Shown here piece by piece: positions 38,822 to 50,513 of a stretch of 64,000 nucleotides of DNA. A program made the position numbers and the translations under genes. Location of the stretch: the NCBI GenBank assembly GCA_017654855.1, contig CM030334.1, positions 2,356,001 through 2,420,000 of the forward strand, in the 5' to 3' direction. The notes beneath the pieces were generated by a model. It was not told the DNA's origin, ran no database searches, and saw nothing but the letters and a program-made list of their open reading frames with translations. Within the stretch, counting starts at the first letter, position 1; the number at the start of each line of letters is the position of its first letter. This DNA is from Podospora anserina. Lineage: Eukaryota.

Positions 38822-39572
38822 AGGGGAAGCGGGAATTGGGGAATGATGTTGAATATGATGTGTTTAGCGTGGGAAAGGCTGAGGGGTGGGGGGGGATACC
38901 AAACGGTAGATTTATTGTTGTCATTACACGATCAAAGAAAAAAAGCAGGAGGGAGGTGGGAGGTAGGAGAGGTACTGGGTAGGGTAGATAATTGTATTCT
39001 GTTGAGTGCATGTCTTGTTTCTATTTTACGACGCGACTTTGAAGACACGATGCGCTATATGGGCTGTGTATCAACGTCATTCTTGAATCCAATGGTGTTG
39101 GGCTGTTGAGAAAGGGGGTTAGTCATGCCATGGCAACCCATAAGCAATTTAATCACCAGTCACATTCACCAATGCCAAATGATTATGGGAAAATCTTGTC
39201 TCAAAAATTCCTAGCGCCTCCAAAAAAAATCACACTGAAAACAAATCATTCCCTCGCCCTTTGCCTTGCCTGCTCCAGATAAATGCTCGCAATCCCCTGC
39301 CATGCTTCCCCTTTTCTACTCCAGTTTGACATAAAAAGTTTCGTACCCTTTCTCCGTTGGTGGAAAAGAGGGTTGTATTTTTGGGTAGTTATCGAATACA
39401 AAACGAGACGAACCAAGGGGCCGTGTATATATCCTGATGATTGGGGTATCTCGTCGACTGTGGTTCGGCGCGGGTTGTTGTTCAAAAGGATTTTGGTGGG
39501 GTATCCTGGGTATTGCTCGTGTCGATAAACTGTTTTGTTTGTTTGTTGATTTCGGAATTATGGATTAGGATA

Positions 39573-39842
39573 TTATTTCTTTCCGGCGGCGGCTTCGGCG
39601 GCCTTCTTTGCGTCGGCTGGAGGGAGTGGGTGGTGGTTAGTGACTTGGTGGTAGAGAGGAGAAGGAAGGGGGGAGAGAGGTAATGAGTGCATACCGGCAG
39701 CCTGCTTCTCGCGCATCTTCTGAGCCGCGATCTCCTTGGCTTTTGCCAGCTCGCTGCCGGACATGTTGTGGCCCTTCTTCTGGGCAGCTGCCTTCTTCTG
39801 AGCGGCCTCGCGGGCCTTGTCGCGCTGGTTGCCGCGGGCCAT
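39573..39842 (-). CDS. SERF/4F5-family small basic protein
   Basis: Signature MARGNQRDKAR..MREKQ; intron 39694..39617. Confidence 0.9.
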   Translation of the reverse strand: MARGNQRDKAREAAQKKAAAQKKGHNMSGSELAKAKEIAAQKMREKQAAGMHSLPLSPLPSPLYHQVTNHHPLPPADAKKAAEAAAGKK

Positions 39843-41871
39843 GTTGAATGTTTAATAAGAAGTGAAAAAGTGTCCAAGAAGATGACGTCGGTTCTCGGAA
39901 GGGAGAGGGGGGATCGATCCGCAACCAGCGAGTATGGGTCGTGCTGCGAAAGCGGAGAGTGGTGAATCAAGTTGGACGGCGGACCACTGACGGGGTTCGT
40001 AGGTAGGTTTGCAGAAAAAAGCTGACGAGCGGTTGGCGGTGGAAGGTGAATTGCGCTTTTGGTGGTCAGCAACTGGGAGAAGGCTGCCTCCTCTTCTTTG
40101 CAGCGCTGTGAGTGGCTCGCCGTTTAAGGGCCCTGGGCGAGGCTGTGCAGAAAAGACAGCAATCGAGATTCTGGGCGTTTCGATGGGTGGGGAAACAGGG
40201 CGTGACCTCTTGACCAATCGCCGTTTTCAGCTGAGGAGGATGGCACGTGCGCTTGTTACCAGGGGGAAGGGTTGTCTTTGGGAGCACGATGATTTAGACG
40301 CGCGGAAAGCCGCGCTTTGTCGGCGTCTACTGAATCATTGAAGTGAAATGAGCTTCCGAGGGACCCCGAGTCCGGTCTTGATCCGATGATGAGACTTTGC
40401 TGTGGATGAGTTTCCAAGATTCCGTGAAACTGTGTTACATGCGGCGGCAGCACAGCAGAACCTCATGGCGCAACGAAAATTGCAAGGACTGATGCGCAAA
40501 CGGACCCGGGAATCACAGTGCAGATTTTTGATGATGGGAGATTTCTGGTCGGAAACATGCCTTGAGATCAGCCGCTTGAAAATCCAATTCTTCTGATGAA
40601 CGGTTGTGGTGGTTTTCCTCTGTCAACATCATGTGGTCCGTGTCCCATATCGAAAGAGCAAGGTGGTCTGTGCATTGCACCATGTCTTTCTTTGAAGACC
40701 ATCTCTCTTTCAACACTTGACAAGCAAGATCAAGTCGATGCTGTTGAATTCAAGAAAACTTCTTCTTCCTCTTCTCATCTCACGATTGACTCATTCTCTG
40801 CGTATTTAATGAAGCCCTGCAATTTCACGGGAGAAGATGCCGCATCGAGTGCTGCCCAAGGCTAAAAGCACCTGAAACCATCATGGTTCATTGCCAGCCA
40901 ATCGACTTGCCCTCCACGCGCAGACTTGAAGATGCGACCACTCGATGCATCTGAACCCCGGCTTTTTTTCTTTCGCGCCGCCGCATATTCCAATGTTACC
41001 ACGACGGTTGACGTTCTCGCTTCATGACTTGACTGCCGAACCATTGGACCACACCAACCCGGACCTCTCCCGCTATGCGCTGGCAGCCGCGAGACTCCAC
41101 TGAAGCTGTCTTGATCGGGTGGCCCTCGATCGCCAAAATGTTTTGCTCAACACAGGGCTTCAAGGCAAGGCCATGAGCTAGACCGTGGGAGATGCAGTTA
41201 CCCCAGCTCATGATCAATTTCTGGGGACATGTCTGGCTTGGAGTTTTTTAGGCGCCTACAGCTTCATTGGTCAGAATGACAAGAAACATTCTGCCCCATG
41301 CGAAACACTCACCAGAAGACCCATGAACCAGTTCTTTGCTCTCCCCCTCCCCCTCCCCCCTCTTGTTACAGACTGCCGTGTGGGAAAGCCGCAGACGTTA
41401 TTTTTGGGCAGATGGCGATTTGCCCATGACAAGGGCAGGTGCCTTATTCCATTGTTATAAACCCGATCGCCACTTCACATAAGTCTATTGTAGCTCTTCC
41501 CACCTATTGTCTTTGTTCATCACTTAGATTCACCATTGTACCCCTGGACAATGGGAGTTTTCTTCTATTGATCTCTATTTTTCATTTTTTTTCCTATCCC
41601 ATATCATATTTTCTCACTACCAAGTCTGGTTACATTTTCTATCTTCAAGATATTTCCTTGTGTTTTTTTTCCCTCTCTCTTCGCAAAATTCGTCAACATA
41701 TCACACGATATCTACACATAACTTTCGACACATCTGCTAGCCAGATCGTCATCCGACAATCACTCAATCACTTCATCACTCGCCATTACCTGCTGAGCAG
41801 TCTGCCAACTGGCACGAGTCACATATGTAAGTACTTATGAGTTTAGAACCTACACCTCCCCTCCTGAGAAG

Positions 41872-42504
41872 ATGGCCCCGGTTGGAAATCTCGACACCCG
41901 GTTACCCCCGAAGCAACGAAAAATTGTCGACAAACAAGCTCCTGGAGAGTATTTCCCCATGCCCGAACAAGCTCCTGTGACGGATAGGCCGGGCACTCCC
42001 CATTCGCGGAAGCCAACTCAGCTTCCAAGGAGAGCATCTGCCGCCAGCCAAGTTCCAACATTGCCTCCGATCAGAGGCCGTGAATCGATAGAGTCAAGCT
42101 CCACAGATGAGTCTGAGGAAGAGTCAGAGGAGGAATCGGATGTTGAAGATGTCCTGGTTGGGCAGCCGCAGCTTTACCGCGGGCCACACTGGCCTTTGGG
42201 GTCAGGACAGATGCCGATGCCTTCTCCGGCTCAGGGACTTCCACATCCTCCTCTTTTTGGGCAAAGACCCCAACAACCTCCCGGCCCTATCCAGGAACAC
42301 CAAGGACTCAAGCCACCAGCTCTTGGACAGTGGCGTCAACCGCCTCCTCCTGGACAATGGCAGCAACCTCCTCTTCCTCCTCATGGACCACAGCATCAAC
42401 CATTTCCTCCTCGTGGACAACGCGGCCAACTTGAGCAATCCCTTAAACCACAGCACCAAATCTCTCACCGAGGTCCATCTTCTCAACCCAAGCACATGAA
42501 TTAA
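41872..42504 (+). CDS. Hypothetical 210-aa Pro/Gln-rich ORF (nested ORF or alternative N-terminal exon)
   Basis: ATG-initiated 633-nt ORF with an acidic patch and PPPGQW repeats; no recognised domain. Confidence 0.4.
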   Translation: MAPVGNLDTRLPPKQRKIVDKQAPGEYFPMPEQAPVTDRPGTPHSRKPTQLPRRASAASQVPTLPPIRGRESIESSSTDESEEESEEESDVEDVLVGQPQLYRGPHWPLGSGQMPMPSPAQGLPHPPLFGQRPQQPPGPIQEHQGLKPPALGQWRQPPPPGQWQQPPLPPHGPQHQPFPPRGQRGQLEQSLKPQHQISHRGPSSQPKHMN

Positions 42505-42594
42505 CCTGAACCCCAATGAAATACTCTTACTAACATCTTTCTCCTCAGAAAACCCACAACAACAATCACCACCATCCCCAACAACAACAACAAA

Positions 42595-43509
42595 ATGCTC
42601 TCCCTCGCCACCTCCCCCAAACTCCGCGGCTCAGGCCACCTAATCCTCCACGCCCTCCGCGCCATGACCCTCGTCGCCCTGATCGTGATCATGGCCTCGT
42701 GCTGGGCAATGATCGTCCTGTCCGGCATAACCGGCCACTTTCAATTCTTCGACGTAATCTCCCACTTCTTCGTCTTCGCCATCAGCATCGTCCTCTTCAT
42801 CTCCGAAATCGGCCTCTTCAAGCCCTGGTTCAAGAACAACTTTCCCATCCTCGGGCCCGACCACTCGCTTGGTTGGCTCGGTCTAGCTCTGATGATCACG
42901 GGTTGTGGCATCATGGCAGATTTGGTCAAGCCTGCGTACAGCATCGACAACTTGGGCCTGCCAATCTGGAGACTCGTCCTCTCGTCTGGGATTTTGGCCA
43001 TCACTTTCGGGGTGTTCAACATGATTGCGAGTGTTGTGTTTCGCGACGGGGAGAATGGCATCACCGCGCGGAATATTCGCTCCGACGGCTCTCTCGCCGT
43101 GCCCACCAACCAGAACTCCAAAGAATACTACGATTCTGGGTATCAATCCTCTGTCCGGAGCAACTCCATCCGTCAACACCAGCAACATTACCCCGAGGAC
43201 GACGACAACACCACCCCTCAACAAAGTCAGCCCTTTTACAAGCGCATGACGAACCACTTTTCTGTTCCCATCCCCCCCAAGTTCAACTTTCGAAAGTCGC
43301 GCGGGAACCTGCAGATTAGCAAGCCGATGCCGATTCATGACGATAATGATGATGTGGAAAGGGGGACGGGGTATGGGAATCTGAACATGAGCAACAGCAA
43401 TAGTCGGGCTAGCCCGGTGATTCCTGACATTCAGCGTCCGCCGACCGCACTGCATCCTGCTTATACGGGGGGGAGTCATTACTCTACTGCTCATATGGAC
43501 AGGTTCTAG
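42595..43509 (+). CDS. Four-TM fungal membrane protein with disordered C-terminus
   Basis: CAACAAAATG start context; four hydrophobic segments; C-terminal QISKPMP..PPTALHPAY. Confidence 0.85.
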   Translation: MLSLATSPKLRGSGHLILHALRAMTLVALIVIMASCWAMIVLSGITGHFQFFDVISHFFVFAISIVLFISEIGLFKPWFKNNFPILGPDHSLGWLGLALMITGCGIMADLVKPAYSIDNLGLPIWRLVLSSGILAITFGVFNMIASVVFRDGENGITARNIRSDGSLAVPTNQNSKEYYDSGYQSSVRSNSIRQHQQHYPEDDDNTTPQQSQPFYKRMTNHFSVPIPPKFNFRKSRGNLQISKPMPIHDDNDDVERGTGYGNLNMSNSNSRASPVIPDIQRPPTALHPAYTGGSHYSTAHMDRF

Positions 43510-43513
43510 AGCA

Positions 43514-43550
43514 ACTCACTCACTCACTCACTCACTCACTCACTCACTCA
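43514..43550. repeat. (CACT)n microsatellite
   Basis: About 9 tandem units just after the stop codon at 43509. Confidence 0.9.
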
Positions 43551-44500
43551 CCACACATAATCTTTTTCTTTCCTTTTCGTTCTTTATGGGGGAGGGGCAA
43601 ATAATAGCATTAGTAGGGATGGGATGGGATGGGAAAGACATAAGGGCGTTTAGGGAGTTTAAAGCTGATTTCTTTTTTTCGATGGGCGTTTCATGGGCGG
43701 GGGGAAAGATAAGAAGGAAGGGGGAGGGAAGGGGAGGAGCAGTATTGGTATACCCGAAGGATTTGGAGGGGAGCATACAGGAAACGGGAAGACTGAATAG
43801 GCCATTCAGCTCCAGACATCAACGTCACATAATTACTTTGGAGGCCAGAATTGGTCTGACAAGAAGAAGAACGAAACAGAATGAAAAGAGGACAGAATGT
43901 CTCTCCATGTGGATATCATTGTGCCTGCAGTATTTGATGTTCGAAATGATAATGATGCAAGGTCAAAGGTAACATGCTTATATGATATCCAATGATATCT
44001 GTACTCATCTATCACCCAACCAGACTCCATAGCCACCATATATATTCCACTTCATCGCCCGCTTATGTTGGTGTCCAATCTGCCAAGTCCAAGAATGTGC
44101 AACTGCCACACCAGCTCGCTTTTTGTATCACATGCCACTACACCTCAAAAAGATCAACAGCAAGCAATTCAAGGCAAAAAATCACACAACAGCAACATTA
44201 AGACAAGCAAACATCAACCAACACATATATCATTACCACCCCACTATCCCCAAGACTGAACGCAACGCATCATGAAACAAACAACCAAACATCTCTGTTG
44301 ATTTTATGGCACCCCTCACCACCGAAAAAGCGCAAAACCAGATGACCTGACCGTTACCCGACCAGTAGTAAGTTGTCCAACCAACCGACCGACCGCCTAA
44401 CCTGATCCGATCCCGATCCATTCTAAGTGATATAAACGATGTGTGTATGTAGTAGTAGAGCCCTGATGCAATCATATGAAAAAACCCATCAAAACGCCAT

Positions 44501-45594
44501 CTAATGCTTAGCGGTGACGGCCTCGCCAGTCAGCTTCTCGACATACGTCTTTGCCCTGTTTAGTCAAACATGGTTAGCAGCTGGTCAAGTGAGAGATACT
44601 GGAAGCGGGAGAGGAAACTCACATGTCACCCATGGCGACCATGCAAACCGTCTGCCAGACGCCCAACCCAATACGGGGCGTCACACCGCGGTACAGACCC
44701 TTGAGCCCGTTCGTCTCGTAAATATACTTGAAGGTATTCCCGACCGTCATCTTCTTGGGGCGGTTGGGATCTTCCTTCTTGCTCTGCATCTCGACGCGGA
44801 TAACCTCGATAGGCTGGTTCCAGGCCGACAAACCACCACCCAGCGCCGAGGCAGTGATCTTCTCCACAGCGCTCAGCTTCTCACCCTCCTTCTTGCCGGT
44901 GAGATCCCTGATGCCCTGCTCAGCGAGACGGCTCAGACCGAAGCGAGAACCCCAGTTGGTCATCTGGCGAATCGCAACAGCGTTGACACCCTTGTTGATA
45001 CCTCTGATGCCTTCGCGGCGGTAGATGTCCATGAAGGTGGCCCAGGTGCCGGGAGCCTTTTGGCCGGTGGAAGCCATCTTATGCTTGGTGATCTCCACCG
45101 TCTTCATGCAGGTGCAGAAACCCATAGTAGCGTACGCCTGCGCAACACCACCCGTCACACCACCGAAAATGCCACCGCCGAACTCGCCGGCGCCGGCAGC
45201 GCGGGCATAGTACTCGGCCTCGGAAGCGACGAAGAGAAGGACAGCGCCCTTGGTGGAGGCTTCGATCCAGGCCCAGGGAATGAGACCTTGGTAAACTGTT
45301 GGACAAGAGCAAAGTCAGCGCATGCTACTTGTTGGCAATTTTTTTTGCTTATCCGAAGAAAAACTTACAGCCGAAAACACCACCACGGTTCCAAATGCGG
45401 CCAAGAGCAGCTCCGAAACCATCACCTCGGTTCGCCGCCATGGTGGTCTTGATGACCTCCAGGGGCTGGCCGAGGGAGGTGACCTCGAACAGGTTCAAAC
45501 CGGCGCCCAAGAGCAAGTTGGAAAACTTGATGGGCTTCTTCTCGAGCTTGGGAGGCTCGGAAGCCGGGAGAGAGGAGGCAATAGCGGCGGACAT
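44501..45594 (-). CDS. YHM2: Mitochondrial citrate/2-oxoglutarate carrier
   Basis: [61 protein letters not shown]; introns 45369..45296 and 44622..44556. Confidence 0.95.
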
Positions 45595-47196
45595 GACTTG
45601 GTGGATGTTGCTGTGATAGGGGCCCTGACCAAGGGAAAAGGGTGCTTCGTCGCAGGATCAGAAAGAGAGAGGAGAGAGAGAGAGTAAAGTTTGCGGAGGA
45701 CGGGAGAATGTCCGGACGGCGGGTGTGTGGGTGTGATGAGAGGTGGGTATTTGGAAGGTGTGGAAACGCGGGGGGGGGAGTGGGCAAGGTCGAGGAGGGG
45801 CAGCCCAGGTTGCAAGAAAGGGCGGATTGGCTGGAAGCTAGGGAGTCAGGTTGTTGCTGATGATGCTGAGCAGTGGTAGAGGCGACCCGGAATATGATTT
45901 GAGCGGCTTGCAACGCAGCGAGAAGGCGGCTCCCCTAAAACAATAAAATTGCACGTGTTACCGATGGAGGCTCAATCTGTCATTGTAGATGTGGATTTGA
46001 ATTGCCCAAAGAAGCGAGGTCCCGGCGGGAGAGCTTGGCTCACCCATGGGGAATGGTCAATTGGGGGGGGGGGGGATACCCGCGGTAATGCGGATAACGC
46101 AACAGCCAGCATATGAAAGAGGGGGATCCACTTACGACTAAGAACACGGAGATGAGGCTGTGTCAATGAAGGAAGGATTTGACGATGGCAGCGACGACAA
46201 TGTCGTTGATGTTTTTGTTGTCGAGGAAGAGAGACAAGAAAGAAAGAAAAAAAAGGACCCAAAGACAGGACCCCGATAAAGCTCCAATGGTTGGGGGAGA
46301 CAAGGGGGAATCCCGAGTTGTTGGCAGTGCTTGCCCGTTCCGTCTTAGACTCTTAGACGGGCCAAAGCTCAACGCACGCCAATCGGCTGACACACCCCTG
46401 CTCTCAACCACCCGCCTCGGCACCTCAACAGCAATTGTTTTGGGGACCAGTCTCACTTCTGACCTCACCTATGAATCCGGCCGGACCGGCTTGGGGTAGA
46501 GCTGACCCGGCCACTCAGTCTGTCTGCGCTAGAGATAAGAAGCAGCTGGTCCATCGGCCGTCTTTCTTCAGCTGCTCCTCACCGACAGTTCATCTCTGGT
46601 GGTGTAGAAATCTCGAATTCATCTTTGTAACATGAATTCCATAAGAACCCAACAGCATCTACGGTCTGCAGTGCGGCAGTGCCCCGAGGATGCTCCTTGC
46701 CCAGGGTTCTTTTGTGGCGGCAAGGTGTTTGATGATATTGATGACCGGACCGAGCGCACCGAGTGTGTAACCAAAAACAACTCTGACGGTGCTTCCTCCA
46801 TCCAGGGTCCGAAGCCGCAGCTTGACTTGACTTCCATCAGGATTGCATGTGGCACACGCCCGTTCGATGTCGCTCTCCTACAGCCCCCCCACCCCATGAG
46901 TCCCGCCCGGCCCTGCATGCATTGGAAACAGAGATGTTGCAGCTAAGAACTTTTCATTGAACATGTGCGTGGCCGAGTGGCCCGGAATACGGAAAAATCT
47001 GTATCGTACAACTCAATGGACAGCCATCACCCAGTAATCGCGTAGCCCCAAACCAATCAATGCCTCCAGGGGCTGAAGCAATCGCTGAATATTTCCCATC
47101 CATTCTATACTGAAAAACCCGTAACGATCCCTTCGCGCCGAATTTTCCCAACTACCTAACCCATAACCCGCATTACTCCCCGTCCTCGTACATAAC

Positions 47197-48812
47197 TTAC
47201 AACTTCTTGCAGATCTCGATCCACTTCTCGGTGGAGAAAGACTTGGGTCTGTGCAGAAACAATAGTTAGCTTGCTGTTTGCGTACATGTCAGGAATAAAA
47301 CTCACCTCTCAATGGGGGCACCGACAGCGCGGTCAATGATGAGCTGGGGAAGGACACCAATGGCGCGGGAGACACCGAAGAGGACGGTGTAGTAGTTAGC
47401 CTCGGTGAGACCATAGTACTGGAGGAGGACACCGGAGTGGGCATCGACGTTGGGGTAGGGGTTCTTGGTCTTGCCGTGCTCGGTAAGAACCTTGGGGGCG
47501 ATCTTGTAGACCTGGCTGACGAGCTTGAACATGGGGTCCTCAGACATGTGCTTCTGGGCGAACTCGCGCTGGGCAGAGTAGCGGGGGTCGGTCTTGCGGA
47601 GGACGGCGTGGCCGTAACCGGGGACGACACGGCCGGAGTTGAGGGTGTCCCAGAGGTACTTGGTGATGCTCTCATCGGAGATATCATCACCAATGACCTT
47701 CTTCATCTCGGTGAGCCAGTTGAGCACCTCCTGGTTGGCGAGGCCGTGGAGGGGACCGGCAAGACCGTTGAGACCGGCAGCGAGGGACAGGAAGGGGGAG
47801 CTGAGAGCAGAGCCGACAAGGTGAGTGGTGTGGGCGCTGACGTTGCCACCCTCGTGGTCGGTGTGGATGGTGAGGTAGAGACGCATGAGCTCAATGAAGT
47901 CAGCGTTGTTGCCGAAGCCGAGCTGGTTGGCGAAGTTGAAGGAGTAGTCCTTGTCCTTCTGGACGGGAGCGACCTTGCCGCCCTTGAAGACGTTCTGGTA
48001 GATGCGGGCAGCGATGGTGGGGAGCTTGGCGATGAGGTCCATGGAGTCCTCAAAGGTGTATCCCCAGTATTCCTTCTTGTTGATGCCCTTGGCGTAGGCA
48101 CGGGCGAAGGAAGAGGTCTGCTCAAGAGCAGTGACGGCCATGGAGAACTGAGCCATGGGGTGGAGGTCGCTGGGGCAGCGGTCGATCAACTCCTCAACGA
48201 ACTTGGGGATCTCGGCGCGGGCAGCCCAGTCGGCAGAGAGGTCGCGGACCTGCTGCTCGGTGGGAACCTCACCGGTGAGGAGGAGCCAGAAGAGACCCTC
48301 GGGAAGGGGCTCGCTGCCGCCGGGGGCCTTGGGGAGGACCTGCTGGCACTCGGGGATGGTCTTGCCGCGGAAACGGATGCCCTCCTCGGCGTCGAGGACA
48401 GAACCCTCCCAGACGAGGCACTTGATGCCACGGGCACCGCCATAGACCTGGTCGAGAGTGACCTTGTCAACGACCTTGGAGCCATGCTCCCTGTGGGTTT
48501 AACGACAGCTCGTCAGCAGCAATTCTTTGTAGCGGGCGGGCGAGGGGCAGGCATTGTACTTTCTGAGAGCCTTGATCTCCTCGATCTTCTCGGGGAGGAG
48601 CTCGGCGAAACGCTCCTTGAGGGTCTGCAGCACGATAGCACGGTCAATGGATGATGTCAGGGCGCATTTGGCGTCGGGCGTCGTCTCGCTCGTACCTGGG
48701 TCTTGGAGGAGTAGCAGCGGGCAGCAGTGAAGGCAGTCTGCTTGGTCGCAAAGGACGAAGCCTTCAACGAAGCCCGGAGGGCGGAGGAAGTCAGGCGCAT
48801 CGCAGGAGCCAT
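47197..48812 (-). CDS. CIT1: Mitochondrial citrate synthase
   Basis: Mitochondrial presequence; [42 protein letters not shown]; introns 48695..48625, 48559..48491, 47305..47249. Confidence 0.98.
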
Positions 48813-50513
48813 GGTTGGGTATCTGATGTGGAGGGTTTGTAGGTGTTTAGGTGAGAAAAAGGGAGGAGGTGAAAAATGTTTGGGGGTTGATGAAGACAGC
48901 CAAGCCGTAAAAAAAAGCGCAGCCCGCCCGCCCCGGGCCAGGGAATAAGGTCAAGCTTAGCCTAGCCTGCCAGCATTTGGCAGGCGGCTTTGCGGGTTGG
49001 CCGGACACACGGCAACGGACCGACCGGGGTTCGGCTGTCCACTCCCTTCCAGATTCCCCATTGCTATCATAAAGACGATCCCGATGGTCTCACAGAGATT
49101 CTCATGGCATATATATTTCAAGGGAGGCTGCTGCTATCGACTATCAAGTCTTGTTGTGTAGCTGGCATTCCCAACAAGGGGCTCTACCTATGATTCCGGA
49201 GCTCCCTCCCCGTGATGCAATTTTCCCCTCTTTCCAAAGGCTTCTCTGAAGTGGATGCATGGCTACAAAGTGCTATCCGGGTATTAAAATGGAGGGGCCC
49301 TCCGGTACATGGTACGGAAGCTTCTCATGTAAACGGAACCCCCAGCACCCAAGTCTCAAGTGTTGCTTTTTTGTTTGGTACCCCTATGAGCTATTTCGCC
49401 CGGTTGACGTCACGGCACCCATCTCGAAGCTGCCTGCTGCACGAGGGTTTCGAGAAGCTCGCTGGAGCTCCAAACAGCTGCCCATCGAACTCGTTCCCTC
49501 GGAAAGTTTGCTGTTTCGTGAGGCGAGTCCCCTGTGGCAAACCCTAAACATACCGAGTGGGAAACCACCTTCGGCCAAAGGGAAATGTCGTGAACCACTG
49601 CATGGCCGCTCGCCCGTCTCGCTGCAACTCGGGAGTTTTTGCAACACATCTTGGCTTGGGCGTAGCGTGGGGTTCCAGGTTCAGTTCACGAGACAAGCGT
49701 CACCTCGTGGCCCTGGGCCACTCAGTGCTCCATGCCGGCTGCTTGGCAGCTGCCTCGGACGCCACAGTTGGTCGCGCGCACGCCACATTTGACCCCGGCC
49801 CAAGAAACCCAAGGCTTGGTGTGACAGCCACAGCGACCCTCCCCAAATAAAAGCTACCAACCGTCTCCAAAAAAAAGCTCGCTCGTTCCCCGCCTCCTCT
49901 CCATCTTCGCGGCAAAAAGGCCGGCCATCTCGATCTTCTTCGATTTCCATCAAGACGACTTCATCAAGAACACACTTTTTTTTTCATCAATCTCTAACTT
50001 TGCAGTAGCCCAACGTATTTCCCCCCCAGAGCCTTCTAGAAAGTCTTTTGAGCAGGATTGTGCCGAGTGGGATCTATTACTGCGTGCCCTGCTCCCCCCC
50101 CTCAAAAAAACACGCGTCTCTGGTGTTTGCGCATGCTCTCAGGTTTCGTCCGAACGTAACTTGGTGAACTCGACGCGACCTTCAAATCAAACCTAGTAAT
50201 CTGCTGGCTGCCACTTCCCTCGGGGGACCTTGACGAGAGCAAGGCAGAGCAAACAAATCAAAGTCAAAAGCCAGCCAACCGTATTTTATTCTTCTATTGT
50301 GACCTAGGAGCATGGCATAGATCTTGTTCACCTGCTACCCCACCAAGCTCACTCAGTCGTATTATACTTCGAGAAGAGATCACGGGCCTGTCTCTCGGCT
50401 CTTTTTAACGACTTTTTCAACGACTTTTTTTTCCCTTCCCACTGGTATCACCACCGCCAGTCATCCACATCATCCATTGTCACCAAAGAAGGCTTCCGGA
50501 AGTGGACAACGAG

